Source of the DNA: an uncultured Holophaga sp.
GTDB taxonomy: Bacteria; Acidobacteriota; Holophagae; Holophagales; Holophagaceae
Length of the DNA: 64,000 bases
NCBI GenBank assembly: GCA_963664825.1
Contig: OY761614.1
Location: forward strand, 2,528,001-2,592,000
Reading direction: 5' to 3'
Part shown: positions 29,335 through 40,712 of the stretch, piece by piece
Layout of the letters: each line of letters starts with the position of its first letter
Numbering within the stretch: position 1 is the stretch's first letter
Position numbers and translations under genes: made by a program
Notes under the pieces: model-generated
Seen by the model: the letters and a program-made list of their open reading frames with translations, nothing else
The model's database searches: none
Told to the model about the DNA's origin: nothing

Positions 29335-29973
29335 CTACACCGTCTCGAGCGTGAACACCGTGGCGCCTTCCTCTTGACCCGCAGGGACGAATCCCATGCG
29401 GAGGAGGTAGGCGTCGTGCTGGCGGTCATGGGAACGGGCCAGCAGCCTGCGGAAGCCCCGCTTCTGGAACTGGTCGCGGTTCTGGATGAAGAGGAATTCG
29501 CCGGGCTTGAAGTCCCGGTAGGCGGGCACGACGAAATCCAGATTGACCTCCAGCACACCGTCGGGGCCAGGGGTGCCGATGAAGACGCAGGCGGGCATCA
29601 GGTTGCGCAGCACGTAGAAGCTCAGCCGGTTCCCATCCGAGCGGAAATCGAAGCTGGGGAAGAAGCGGGTGATCTCGGCCCGGTATTCCTTGAAGAAGCA
29701 CTGGAGGTAATCGGATCCGGGCGGCACGGTGATGAGGTGGAGCCGCTCCTTGGTGGCGTAGATCTGCACCAGATAGTAGATATCGGCACAGGCGATGAAG
29801 CCGTTGAGCACGCCCACGGGGTAGGCCTTGATGAGGAACCCGTACACCGAGAAGGCGGCGGCGCCGAGCATGTTGTACCAGCGGAGCTTGACGATGGAAC
29901 TCATCGTCAGCGAGAGGGCTAGCACCACCGAAGCGATGTAGGCGAACCAGTCGAGCCAGGCGATGTGGGGCAT
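29335..29973 (-). CDS. Inner-membrane protein (YgjV-like N-terminus)
   Basis: Three TM segments plus soluble domain (DFVVPAYRDFK). Confidence 0.65.
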   Translation of the reverse strand: MPHIAWLDWFAYIASVVLALSLTMSSIVKLRWYNMLGAAAFSVYGFLIKAYPVGVLNGFIACADIYYLVQIYATKERLHLITVPPGSDYLQCFFKEYRAEITRFFPSFDFRSDGNRLSFYVLRNLMPACVFIGTPGPDGVLEVNLDFVVPAYRDFKPGEFLFIQNRDQFQKRGFRRLLARSHDRQHDAYLLRMGFVPAGQEEGATVFTLETV

Positions 29974-30059
29974 TCGAACGCTCCATGGGGAAGGGGAATT
30001 TCAGTGGGGGGCTTCTTTGTCGTTCGTGGTGAATCTGTTCTTTTGAACGCGAAGCCGCA

Positions 30060-30803
30060 TCAGTCTTGAGATCGGGGTTCCAGCAGGAGGCGGATGGCCT
30101 CCTGGGCCACGCGCAGTCCGAAGATGGCGGGCATGTAGGAGATGGTCCCCAGCGGGGTGCGTGGGCGGCCGGGCCCGATGTGGGCGTCGATATCGACGGG
30201 GTTGGGGGGCCGTGTATTCTCGCAGATCTCCAGGGAGTAGATGCAGAGGATGCCCTTGCTGATGCCCCGGCGGCGCATGCGCTGGCGGATCACGGTGGCC
30301 AGGGGGCAGTTGCGGGTCTTGGAGAGATCTCCGGCGAAGACCTGGCCTCCGTCCATGCGCCCTCCGGCACCCATGCTGGAGACGATGGGCAGGCCGCCTT
30401 CGAAGGCGGCCTGGAGCAGGGCGCACTTGGCGTTCACGGAATCGATGGCATCGATGACCAGGTCCACCTCGGGCAGCAGGAGTTCGGCCACGGAATCGTT
30501 ATTGAGGAAGGCCCGGCGGGCATCCACTTCGCATCCAGGGTTGATGTCCTTCACCCGGTTGGCGGCTGCCTCCACTTTGGGAAGGCCCAGGGTCGAGTGC
30601 AGGCCCAGGAGCTGGCGGTTGAGGTTGGTGGGGTTCACCACATCGTGGTCCACCAAACGCAGGTAGCCCACCCCCGCCCGGGCCAGGGCCTCACAGGCGA
30701 AAGAACCCACGCCCCCCAGGCCATAGATGGCCACCCGGGACCGACTGAGCCGCGCGTAGGCCTCTTCCCCCAGCAGTTGCTCCGTGCGGGCGAACCATCT
30801 CAT
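30060..30803 (-). CDS. tcdA: tRNA threonylcarbamoyladenosine dehydratase (ThiF family)
   Basis: GLGGVGS, TNLNRQ, DAIDS, SSMGAG. Confidence 0.85.
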   Translation of the reverse strand: MRWFARTEQLLGEEAYARLSRSRVAIYGLGGVGSFACEALARAGVGYLRLVDHDVVNPTNLNRQLLGLHSTLGLPKVEAAANRVKDINPGCEVDARRAFLNNDSVAELLLPEVDLVIDAIDSVNAKCALLQAAFEGGLPIVSSMGAGGRMDGGQVFAGDLSKTRNCPLATVIRQRMRRRGISKGILCIYSLEICENTRPPNPVDIDAHIGPGRPRTPLGTISYMPAIFGLRVAQEAIRLLLEPRSQD

Positions 30804-31591
30804 GGCCGCAGCCCTCCGAAAATTCGTTCCGAATTTTTGTAAGCCAGGGCCGTGAGGGATGCCAGATCGGTCCCCCGAATACGCGCCGCGGCTTCCAACA
30901 CCAGGTGGATATGGGCGGGCTCGCTCAGTGCACAGCCCCCCCAGCCGGGCAGGTCCCTAGGGAAGAGGCTGGGCGCGTCCGTCTCGAAGAGCAGGCTCGA
31001 TTCGGCCACGGCCTGGACGGCCTTGGCGGCGCGGGCGTGCTGGGGCTTGGCCAGGGAGCATCCGAAGGAGAGATGGAAGCCCAGGTCCTGGACTTCCCGG
31101 GCCACCTCGACCGAACCGGAGAAGGCGTGGATCACGGCCCCGGCTTCCGGCAGGCCCTCCTCCCGGGCGATTGTCTGGAGGCGCGCCCAGGCGCGGCGGC
31201 AGTGGATGGAAAGGGGCCGGTTCCATTTCCGGGCCAGCCGCAGCTGGCTCCGGAAGACGGCCTCCTGGAGAGAGCGATCCGCATTTTCCACCGCGAAATC
31301 CAGGCCACATTCGCCGATGCCCATCGGTCCTTCCTTCAGCTGGCCCTCCAGGCGCTCCAGCCATCCGGGGCCTGCCCCTTGGGCGTACCAGGGATGGAGG
31401 CCGAGCATGAGCAGGACGCTGGGGTGGCGCTGGGAGAGTTCCAGCACCCTGGCCCAGTCCGCCTCCCGGGTGCCGCAGCAGACCAGGTGGGTGACACCCG
31501 CCTGCTGAGCGCGGGCCAGCAGGGGGGCCAGGTCTTCGCCGAAGCGGGGATCCTGGAGATGGCAGTGGGTGTCGAAGCAGGCCGGGGTCAC
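30800..31591 (-). CDS. TatD-family deoxyribonuclease
   Basis: DTHCH, GLHP, GECGLD, IHAFSG, ETDAP. Confidence 0.92.
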   Translation of the reverse strand: MTPACFDTHCHLQDPRFGEDLAPLLARAQQAGVTHLVCCGTREADWARVLELSQRHPSVLLMLGLHPWYAQGAGPGWLERLEGQLKEGPMGIGECGLDFAVENADRSLQEAVFRSQLRLARKWNRPLSIHCRRAWARLQTIAREEGLPEAGAVIHAFSGSVEVAREVQDLGFHLSFGCSLAKPQHARAAKAVQAVAESSLLFETDAPSLFPRDLPGWGGCALSEPAHIHLVLEAAARIRGTDLASLTALAYKNSERIFGGLRP

Positions 31592-31600
31592 AGGGCCTCG

Positions 31601-33337
<1,737 letters not shown>

Positions 33338-33490
33338 TCGTCCGCCTATTCGCTTGGACCGTGCCATGCAGGAGCGCCCGGCCAATCTTCGCCTCCTTGC
33401 AGAGGCCAATCCTCCATTCTAGTCCTTTTGGCCAATCCATGAAGGAGGCCGGTTTTTGCAGATTCCATCCGGCCTGGGAAAGGGTCCCTC

Positions 33491-33504
33491 TTGATGACCG
33501 TCAA
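33491..33504. promoter_or_regulatory. FNR/Crp-family binding box
   Basis: TTGAT-GACC-GTCAA, one mismatch from TTGAT-N4-ATCAA, ~50 bp upstream of the Fe-S gene. Confidence 0.55.
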
Positions 33505-33551
33505 GGTCGAGGAGATGGAATGAGGGGACCCTGAGGATCTGGGAGGCTCCA

Positions 33552-34367
33552 ATGGAACGTCAGATCATCCGGATTCTTGAGGCGAAGTGTGATGGTTGCG
33601 GTCTCTGCGCCAGTGGATGTCCAGAGGGGGCCCTGCAGGTGATCGACGGCAAGGCGCGGCTCGTCTCGGAGATCACCTGTGATGGCCTGGGCGCCTGCAT
33701 CGGCCAGTGCCCCCGGGGGGCCATCGAGATCGAACTGCGGGAGGCGGCGCCCTACGACGAGCGGAGGACCCTCGAGAACCTCCTGCCCATGGGCGCCAAC
33801 ACCTTGAAGGCCCATCTCCAGCACCTGCACGCCCATGCCCAGACCACCTATCTCGACCAGGCCCTCGCCTACCTGAAGGAGCAGGAACTGCCTGTTCCCG
33901 AATTCAAGGCCCAGGGTTGCCCTGGATCCGCACCCCGGGTCCTGCATCGGGAACCCGTGGCTGCGGAATCCCGGGATGGCCTCACGAGCCGCCTGGGCCA
34001 GTGGCCCGTGCAGATGCACCTCATCTCGCCCATGCACCCGGTCTTCCACGGATCGGATCTGCTGCTGGCCGCCGATTGTTGCGGTTTCGCCATGGCCGAT
34101 TTCAACCAGAGGCACCTCCCCGGCAAGACCCTCGCCATCGCCTGCCCCAAGCTGGACCAGGGCCAGGAGGTCTACCTGGACAAGCTGACGGCCCTCATCG
34201 ATGAGGCCCAGATCAATACCCTCACGGTGATGATCATGGAAGTGCCCTGCTGCGGTGGCCTCCTGCGCATGGCCCAGCAAGCCCTCGCGCGGGCGCAGCG
34301 CAAGGTGCCTCTCAAGGTCATCGTCGTGGGCATCGACGGGGAGATCCGCAAGGAGGCCTGGATCTGA
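33552..34367 (+). CDS. 4Fe-4S ferredoxin-domain protein
   Basis: Two CxxCxxCxxxCP motifs; QWPVQ, ACPKLD, MEVPCC. Confidence 0.85.
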   Translation: MERQIIRILEAKCDGCGLCASGCPEGALQVIDGKARLVSEITCDGLGACIGQCPRGAIEIELREAAPYDERRTLENLLPMGANTLKAHLQHLHAHAQTTYLDQALAYLKEQELPVPEFKAQGCPGSAPRVLHREPVAAESRDGLTSRLGQWPVQMHLISPMHPVFHGSDLLLAADCCGFAMADFNQRHLPGKTLAIACPKLDQGQEVYLDKLTALIDEAQINTLTVMIMEVPCCGGLLRMAQQALARAQRKVPLKVIVVGIDGEIRKEAWI

Positions 34368-34445
34368 AAGCGGTGGGAAGTGGGCGGTGGCCATCTTCCA
34401 GGGCAAGGCCGGGAGCCTGAACAGAGGGATCGCGCCTCCGAGGCG

Positions 34446-34561
34446 ATGGCGCGCCGCTATGTGGTCCTGAAGGGCATCGAGGAGGGCGAAAGGGACCTTG
34501 CCGAGGGACGACCCTGAGTTGGGAGGAAGAGAAAGCGGAGCTGCGCAAATGGCGCCGTTGA
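34446..34561 (+). pseudogene. Degenerate type II antitoxin (frameshifted, N-terminus unrecognisable)
   Basis: GIEEGERDLAEGR, then after a frameshift TLSWEEEKAELRKWRR*, overlapping the toxin start. Confidence 0.6.
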
Positions 34562-34854
34562 AGATTCGCTTCACCCTCGCGGCCAGTCGGAAGTTGGACG
34601 AGATCCTGGGTTTCATTGCCCAGGAGAATTCGGATGCGGCCGGAAAACTTTCGGAGCGGATCGAGCAGGGTCTGGACCGCCTCTCGGCGTTCCCGGATTC
34701 TGGCCTTAAGATCCCTGAGGCCCCAGAACGGCGGCAGCGAGAGTTGGTGGTCCCGCCCTGCGTGCGGCTCTTCTACTGGGCGGAGGGGAAAGACCTGGTG
34801 GTGCTTCATGCGATGCGTTCGGAACAGGCCTTTCAGGGCGAGAACCTGGAGTAG
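34549..34854 (+). CDS. RelE/ParE-family toxin
   Basis: IRFTLAASRKLDEI...IAQEN...LSAFPDSG...RELV...RLFY. Confidence 0.82.
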   Translation: MAPLKIRFTLAASRKLDEILGFIAQENSDAAGKLSERIEQGLDRLSAFPDSGLKIPEAPERRQRELVVPPCVRLFYWAEGKDLVVLHAMRSEQAFQGENLE

Positions 34855-34930
34855 GGTCGGCCTCCCTTTCGTCGTCCCACCCGGATCATGGAGCTGTGTG
34901 CTGTCAGACTGGAAGGGCTTCGAGGCTCCC

Positions 34931-35911
34931 ATGCACGACACCCGCTGCTACGACGATATCCTGGATGTGATCGGCCACACGCCGATGGTGCGGCTCAACC
35001 GCATCACCGAAGGCCTGGGCTGCCACATCTACGCCAAGCTGGAATTCCTCAATCCCATGGGCAGCAGCAAGGATCGCATCGCCCGGTACCTGGTGGAGGC
35101 GGCAGAGAAGGACGGTCGCCTGAAGCCGGGAGATACCATTTTGGAGAATTCCTCGGGCAATACGGCCATGGGATTAGCGCTCCTGGCCATCCAGAAGGGC
35201 TACAAGCTCACGGTGGTCGTGCGGGATCGCACCAGCAAGGAGAAACTGGATCAGCTGAAGGCTCTCGGCGTGGACGTGGTGAAGGTGGATACCTCCCTCC
35301 CGCCCGAGCACCCCGATAGCTACAACAACATCGCCCCCAGGTTGGCCAAGGAGCTCCCGCACTGCTACTTCCCCGATCAGCACAACAACCGGGAGAACAA
35401 CCAATCCCACTACCTGGGCATGGGGCCCGAGATCTGGGACCAGATGGAGGGCCGCATCGATGCGGTGGTGGCCGGCATGGGCACTGGCGGCACCATCGGG
35501 GGCGTGGGGCGCTATCTCAAGGAAAAGAACCCCGCCATCCAGGTGGTGGCCGTGGATGTGGAGGGCTCGATTTTTACGGAGTATTTCCGGACGGGCAGGG
35601 TCGGCAAGGCCGCGCCCTACCTGCTGGAGGGACTGGGGGACGAGTTCCTGATCGGGTGCGCGGATTTCTCCGTGATCGACGAGATGGTGCAGGTCTCGGA
35701 CCGGGACGCCTTCCTGGCCGCCCGGGCACTCGCCCGCCGGGAGGGCCTACTGGTGGGCGGCTCCAGTGGGGCCGTCATCCACGCGGCGCTCCAGGTGGGG
35801 CGCACGCTGCCGCCGGGCGCTCGCATGGCCATCGTCTTCGCCGATAGCGCCTCCCGCTACCTGAGCACGATCTTCAACGACGAGTGGATGCACGAGAAGG
35901 GGATGCTCTAG
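34931..35911 (+). CDS. Cysteine synthase / cystathionine beta-synthase family PLP enzyme
   Basis: NPMGSSKDR, SSGNT, GMGTGGT, GGSSG. Confidence 0.9.
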   Translation: MHDTRCYDDILDVIGHTPMVRLNRITEGLGCHIYAKLEFLNPMGSSKDRIARYLVEAAEKDGRLKPGDTILENSSGNTAMGLALLAIQKGYKLTVVVRDRTSKEKLDQLKALGVDVVKVDTSLPPEHPDSYNNIAPRLAKELPHCYFPDQHNNRENNQSHYLGMGPEIWDQMEGRIDAVVAGMGTGGTIGGVGRYLKEKNPAIQVVAVDVEGSIFTEYFRTGRVGKAAPYLLEGLGDEFLIGCADFSVIDEMVQVSDRDAFLAARALARREGLLVGGSSGAVIHAALQVGRTLPPGARMAIVFADSASRYLSTIFNDEWMHEKGML

Positions 35912-37134
35912 TTTCCGAGATCCAGCCTGAGGTATTCGAAGGGGTTGATGCCCCAATCCTCCGGCAGTTCGCTGCCTGTGATGTGGTCCCCACCGTGCTT
36001 GGATTCCGATAGGTTGATATCGACCGGCCGGAGCTTCTTCCGGTTTTTGGCGTCATAGAGGATCCTCACGACGGGGAAGAGGAGGCCCTTTTCCCCCTGT
36101 TCCATGACGATGCCCACCCGCTGGCTTTCGAGCATGACCAGGCTGCCCACAGGGTAGATGCCGATGGCCTGGATGAAGTGCTGCACGAGTTCCGGGTCGA
36201 AATGATACTGGCTCCACTCGAAGAGCTTCTGGAGGGCGAGGGCTGGTTCCATGCCCTTGTGGTAGATGCGGTTGGAGGAGATGGCGTCGTAGACATCGAC
36301 CACGGCGGCCATGCGGCCCAGGTTGCTGATTTCAAGGCCATGCAGCTGATAGGGATAGCCTGTTCCGTCGAAGCGTTCGTGGTGCTCACCGGCGATCTGG
36401 ATCATCATCGGCGAGATATTGGGTGTCTGCTGGAGCGTCTCCAGGCCCAGGCTCACATGGCTCTTCATGATCTCGAATTCGGGGTCTGTGAGTTTGCCGG
36501 GCTTATTGAGGATGTGGTCGGGCACCCGCATCTTGCCCACATCGTGGAGCATGCCGCCGATGCCAGCCTCGATGAGTTGATCCTTCTCCATGCCCATGTA
36601 CCGGCAGAAGGCCACCAGGAGCGTGGCGACGCTGACGCAGTGCTGGAAGGTGTAGGTGTCACCCTCCTTGAGGCGGCACAGGCTTACGAGCGTTCCAGGG
36701 TTGCGGAGGATGGATTCAGTGATCTGCGTGACCACCGGGCTCACGCGTTCCACTTCCACCTGCTTGCCCAGGCGGATATCGGCCAGCATGCTGGTGATGA
36801 CCTCGCTGGCCTCGCACTGGATGTCCTTGGCGATGGCGAGTTCCTCGGCATGGGTGGTCTGGGGCGGGAGGCTGCGGCTGCGGGTCGCCAGATCCAGGAC
36901 CTTGTTCTGGATCTCCACCTCGATTTCCCGCTGGGTCGGGGCATCCGCTACATCGATACCCTTGATGGTATCGATGTAGAGTTCCCCGATCTTGCTCTCC
37001 TGGAGCTTCTTGAGGTCCTCCTCCTTCCGGAGGGTGAAGCGGCTGCGGAGGAAGTTATGGTCCATCCACCCGCAATTCAGGTCGTGGATGTACATCCCCA
37101 GTTTGAGATCTTCAACCTTGATTCTTTTGATCAT
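35908..37134 (-). CDS. HD-GYP c-di-GMP phosphodiesterase with DUF3391-like N-terminus
   Basis: LHDVGK, HHERFDGTGYP, GIYPVG. Confidence 0.9.
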   Translation of the reverse strand: MIKRIKVEDLKLGMYIHDLNCGWMDHNFLRSRFTLRKEEDLKKLQESKIGELYIDTIKGIDVADAPTQREIEVEIQNKVLDLATRSRSLPPQTTHAEELAIAKDIQCEASEVITSMLADIRLGKQVEVERVSPVVTQITESILRNPGTLVSLCRLKEGDTYTFQHCVSVATLLVAFCRYMGMEKDQLIEAGIGGMLHDVGKMRVPDHILNKPGKLTDPEFEIMKSHVSLGLETLQQTPNISPMMIQIAGEHHERFDGTGYPYQLHGLEISNLGRMAAVVDVYDAISSNRIYHKGMEPALALQKLFEWSQYHFDPELVQHFIQAIGIYPVGSLVMLESQRVGIVMEQGEKGLLFPVVRILYDAKNRKKLRPVDINLSESKHGGDHITGSELPEDWGINPFEYLRLDLGN

Positions 37135-37413
37135 GCTCCGCTCTGCTCAGTACAAGCCCGTCCTGACTCTATCGGGAGGTCCCGGCACCTGCCTTATGAA
37201 TATATCTGAAAAACGTGTAAGATTGATTAAATAGAATAATAAAAATGCATCACGTATAAATACTGAAATTGTTTTAACTGCATAAAAAATACAAGTTATG
37301 ACAAAAATAGATTACACGCATAAATAACTACCTGGCTGTATTTACTGCAAAAGATAGCTTTGCAAATTGGCTCGGGATTGGCCTTTAGGGGGGTGCCATT
37401 CACGGGAGGCCCC

Positions 37414-37722
37414 ATGCTGAAGCCCCTTCAATCCCTGGCCCTGGTTCTTGCCCTGGTCGGCCCTGCCGCCATCGCCGAACGAGCCCCCCAACGCCCGGTG
37501 GACCTGAATACGGCGACGGTCACCGAACTCATGCAGCTGCCCCGGGTGGGCGCCAAGACCGCCGAGCGCATCGTCGCATTCCGAAAGCAGCACGGCGGTT
37601 TCCTCCGGCCCGAGGAGCTGATGAATGTGAAGGGCATTGGCGAGAAGAGCTACACGCGCCTCAAACCCTACATCCGCGTCCGTCCTGCCCAGACTCCACG
37701 CCCCATTCCGGTTCGCAAATAG
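37414..37722 (+). CDS. comEA: ComEA-family helix-hairpin-helix DNA-binding protein
   Basis: VDLNTA...LPRVG...VKGIGEK; signal peptide. Confidence 0.88.
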   Translation: MLKPLQSLALVLALVGPAAIAERAPQRPVDLNTATVTELMQLPRVGAKTAERIVAFRKQHGGFLRPEELMNVKGIGEKSYTRLKPYIRVRPAQTPRPIPVRK

Positions 37723-37730
37723 GAGGCATC

Positions 37731-38255
37731 ATGCGCGCCCTTGGAAATTCACAGCTTCTTTCCCATTCCGCCCGCATCCAGAAGGGCGTGAGCCTGGTGG
37801 AAACCTCCCTGGTGGTGGGTATCCTCGGGATCCTCTCCTCGGTGGGTCTCGGCATGATGCGCGGCCCCCGGATCGAACTCACCTGCGTCCAGCAGGATAT
37901 TCCGGCCGCCGTGATGCAGGCCATGCATCTGGCCAGGGCCAGGGGGACGAACGTCGTCGTGGCTCTGGGCCAGCCCGCATTGGGGCCCGATGTGCTTCCG
38001 GTGCAACTCCCCCGGCAGGTGAAATGGGGAAAGCCCGCCCAGATCCCGCTGCCTCCGGGGATGGACGAACCCACCCGTGCGACCACCACCGGCGAGGCCC
38101 ATGCCAAGGTGACCGTGACGCCACGGCACACGGCCACGGCCACCACTTGGTTCCTGAACGATGGAACGGACGCCCTGTGCATGAGGCTTTCCGGCCAGGG
38201 TCATCTGCAACTGCTCCGCTGGCGGGCCTCCCGCAAGTGCTGGACGAGGGTGTGA
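37731..38255 (+). CDS. Prepilin-type minor pilin (FimT/GspH-like)
   Basis: QKG|VSLVE cleavage motif followed by hydrophobic helix. Confidence 0.7.
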   Translation: MRALGNSQLLSHSARIQKGVSLVETSLVVGILGILSSVGLGMMRGPRIELTCVQQDIPAAVMQAMHLARARGTNVVVALGQPALGPDVLPVQLPRQVKWGKPAQIPLPPGMDEPTRATTTGEAHAKVTVTPRHTATATTWFLNDGTDALCMRLSGQGHLQLLRWRASRKCWTRV

Positions 38256-38260
38256 TGCGA

Positions 38261-38932
38261 ATGGCCGATATCTCTCCCGAACTGCGCCCCCGGGAACGGC
38301 TCCTGGCGGGCCATGGCGAAGAACTGAGCGATGCGGAACTGCTGGCCTTGCTCTTGGGTTCGGGGCGGAGGGGGCATAGCGCAGTCGAACTGGCCCAGGA
38401 GATCCTGGGGAGCACCGGCGGCCTGGCGGGCCTCCTCGTCCAGGGCCTCCAGGAATGGATCGCCATTCCTGGGCTCGGACCCGCCCGAGCCTGCCAGCTC
38501 TGGGCCTCGACGGAACTCTGTCGGCGCAGCCAGCGGGGCGCGGCGCGCCCGCGCATCACCAGCCCCCGGGCTGCCGGGACCTTCCTGCTCGATCGCTGCC
38601 ACGGCTGGACCGAGGAGCGCTTCGGGATGCTGGCCCTCAACGCCAAGGGCGAACTCCTGGCCGAGCGCATCCTGAGCCAGGGCACGGCCACGGGCACCCT
38701 CATCAGCCCGCGGGAATTCTTCCGGGAGGCCCTGCGCTTCGGCGCCACCTCGGCCCTGGCCTTCCACAACCATCCCAGCGGAGATCCCGCGCCCAGTCAC
38801 GAGGATGTGCAGCTCACCAAGCGCCTGCGGGCCGCGGGGGAATCCCTGGGCGTGCCCCTGGCCGATCACCTCATCCTGGGCCTGGAGCGCTATCACAGCT
38901 TCCGCGCCGCGGAAGGCTGGGATGGGGTGTGA
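38261..38932 (+). CDS. radC: RadC / JAB-domain protein
   Basis: RPRERL, LSDAELLA, HNHPSGD, DHLI. Confidence 0.92.
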   Translation: MADISPELRPRERLLAGHGEELSDAELLALLLGSGRRGHSAVELAQEILGSTGGLAGLLVQGLQEWIAIPGLGPARACQLWASTELCRRSQRGAARPRITSPRAAGTFLLDRCHGWTEERFGMLALNAKGELLAERILSQGTATGTLISPREFFREALRFGATSALAFHNHPSGDPAPSHEDVQLTKRLRAAGESLGVPLADHLILGLERYHSFRAAEGWDGV

Positions 38933-40636
38933 TCAGGCTTTGACGCGCAGGAGTTTCCGCTTCAGCAGGGTCAGCATCTGGCTCGCCTCCGGCACACCCA
39001 TGGTGAGGATGAGGGCCAGATAGAGGACCGCGGAGATCCCTATGACCGGGAAGAGGCGGAGGCTCGTGCCGAAGACGCCATGGAAGCGGAAGACATCCAC
39101 ACTGCGCCCCAACTGCCAGGCTGCCAGCCCCATGAGGGCCGAAGCCCCCGCCATGGCCAACCAGCCCCTTAAGACCTCCGCAGATGGCAAATGTCCGAGC
39201 CGCTTGTGCAGGCGGATCGTCAGCCAGCCTAGGCCGAGGAGGCTGGCCAGGCCGTTGGCGAGAGCGATGCCACCGGTGCTCAGGGGCCTCATCAACAGGT
39301 AGGAGAGGATCACGTTCCCCGCCATGCTAAGCAGGGCTGCATAGGCGGGGATCCGGTAATCCTTTAGCGCATACAGGCATTGGGCGGCGATGCGACTGGA
39401 GGCGATGAAGAGCAGACCCACGGCCTGGAAGGCCAGTGTGTGGGCGGTGAGCCTCGTGGCTTCGGCCCCGAAGCGCCCCGTCTGGAGGGTGAGGGCGATG
39501 ATGGGTTGGGCGAGCACCGCCATCCCAACACTGGCAGGGATGGCCAGCACCGCCGTCCCCCGCAAGGCGGTGGCCAGGCTCGAACGCACACCGTCTAGGT
39601 CTCCGGCATCCGCCAAGCGGCTCATGGCAGGCAGGCTGACGGTGGCGACGCTGGCTGCAAAGAGCCCCAGCACAGCCTCTCCGAGCATGTTGGAGTTGAT
39701 GACGACCGTCTGTGCGCCCTTGTAGAGCTGGGAAACCAGGAGCGAAGAGATGGCCACGTTGATGGGATGGATGCCCGTGCCCAGGATGCCGGGGGCCATG
39801 CGCTTGAGGGCGCGACGGACGCCTGGATGCCCGAGATGCAGGCCCCACTGAATACCGAAGCCCAGGCGCCGGAAGCTGGGCCAGAGGATGACGAGCTGTA
39901 CCAATCCTCCGCTGAGGGTGGCCAGCGCGAAGATGAGCGCGGCAATGCCGGGCTCTCGCCAGGCGGGAGGGCCCAGTTTCATGCAGAGCCAGCCCGTGGT
40001 GATGAAGGTCAGGTTGTAGAAGGTGGAGACCGAGGCCGGCAGTCCGAAGCGCCCCCGCAGGTTCAGCACCGCCGCCAGGCCGGCCGTGAGGCTGACCATG
40101 GCGAGATAGGGAAACATCCAGCGGCCGAGGGTTGTGGCCAGGGCCACGTCGCTGGGCATGGCGCGATGGCCGACCAGGATCTGACCGAGGGCGCCCAACT
40201 GCGTGGGAATCGAGGCTCCGGCAGGAGCCACGCGCCCCAGCATCATGAGGCCCGTGAAAAGGCCCATGGCCAGGATCCCGAGGGTGCAGATCAGGATCAG
40301 CAGCAGGCCCAGCGTGCCGAGGAATTTCGCCACCAGTTCCTGGGCTGCGGCCTCGCCATCTGCGCTTTCCGTCTCCGAGATCGTCGGCAGAAAGGCCGAG
40401 GTCATCGTGCCTTCGGCCGTGAAGCGCCGCAGCAGATTGGGAAGGCGATAGGCCACGTTGAAGGCGTCGGCGATGGCGCTCATGCCCAGGAAATGAGTCA
40501 CGATGCGGGATTGCAGGATACCTGAGAGGCGGGAGAAGAGGGTCATCAGACCCACCAGACCCGCGGAGCGAAGCATGCCCCGGGCTGGAGGCTGGGCGCC
40601 TTCAGGCGCAGGGATGGATTTGTCGTCGGAAGGCAT
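38933..40636 (-). CDS. murJ: Lipid II flippase (start codon uncertain)
   Basis: ADAF..AYRLPNLLRRFTAEG motif; many TM segments. Confidence 0.9.
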   Translation of the reverse strand: MPSDDKSIPAPEGAQPPARGMLRSAGLVGLMTLFSRLSGILQSRIVTHFLGMSAIADAFNVAYRLPNLLRRFTAEGTMTSAFLPTISETESADGEAAAQELVAKFLGTLGLLLILICTLGILAMGLFTGLMMLGRVAPAGASIPTQLGALGQILVGHRAMPSDVALATTLGRWMFPYLAMVSLTAGLAAVLNLRGRFGLPASVSTFYNLTFITTGWLCMKLGPPAWREPGIAALIFALATLSGGLVQLVILWPSFRRLGFGIQWGLHLGHPGVRRALKRMAPGILGTGIHPINVAISSLLVSQLYKGAQTVVINSNMLGEAVLGLFAASVATVSLPAMSRLADAGDLDGVRSSLATALRGTAVLAIPASVGMAVLAQPIIALTLQTGRFGAEATRLTAHTLAFQAVGLLFIASSRIAAQCLYALKDYRIPAYAALLSMAGNVILSYLLMRPLSTGGIALANGLASLLGLGWLTIRLHKRLGHLPSAEVLRGWLAMAGASALMGLAAWQLGRSVDVFRFHGVFGTSLRLFPVIGISAVLYLALILTMGVPEASQMLTLLKRKLLRVKA

Positions 40637-40712
40637 TGGAGCCGCCTGTCGGAATCGAACCAACGACCTTCGCATTACAAGTGCGGCGCTCTACCAACTG
40701 AGCTAAGGCGGC
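40637..40712 (-). tRNA. tRNA-Thr(UGU)
   Basis: GCCGCCTTAGCTCAGTTGGTAGAGC...CTTGTAA...GGTTCGATTCC...GGCGGCTCCA, 76 nt. Confidence 0.96.

Noticed and set aside
37190..37370. AT-rich tract as a replication origin
   Set aside because: No TTATCCACA DnaA boxes seen and no dnaA or rep gene nearby
37637..38260. N-terminal extension of RadC (431-aa ORF)
   Set aside because: Overlaps comEA and the pilin gene; RadC motifs start at about 38261
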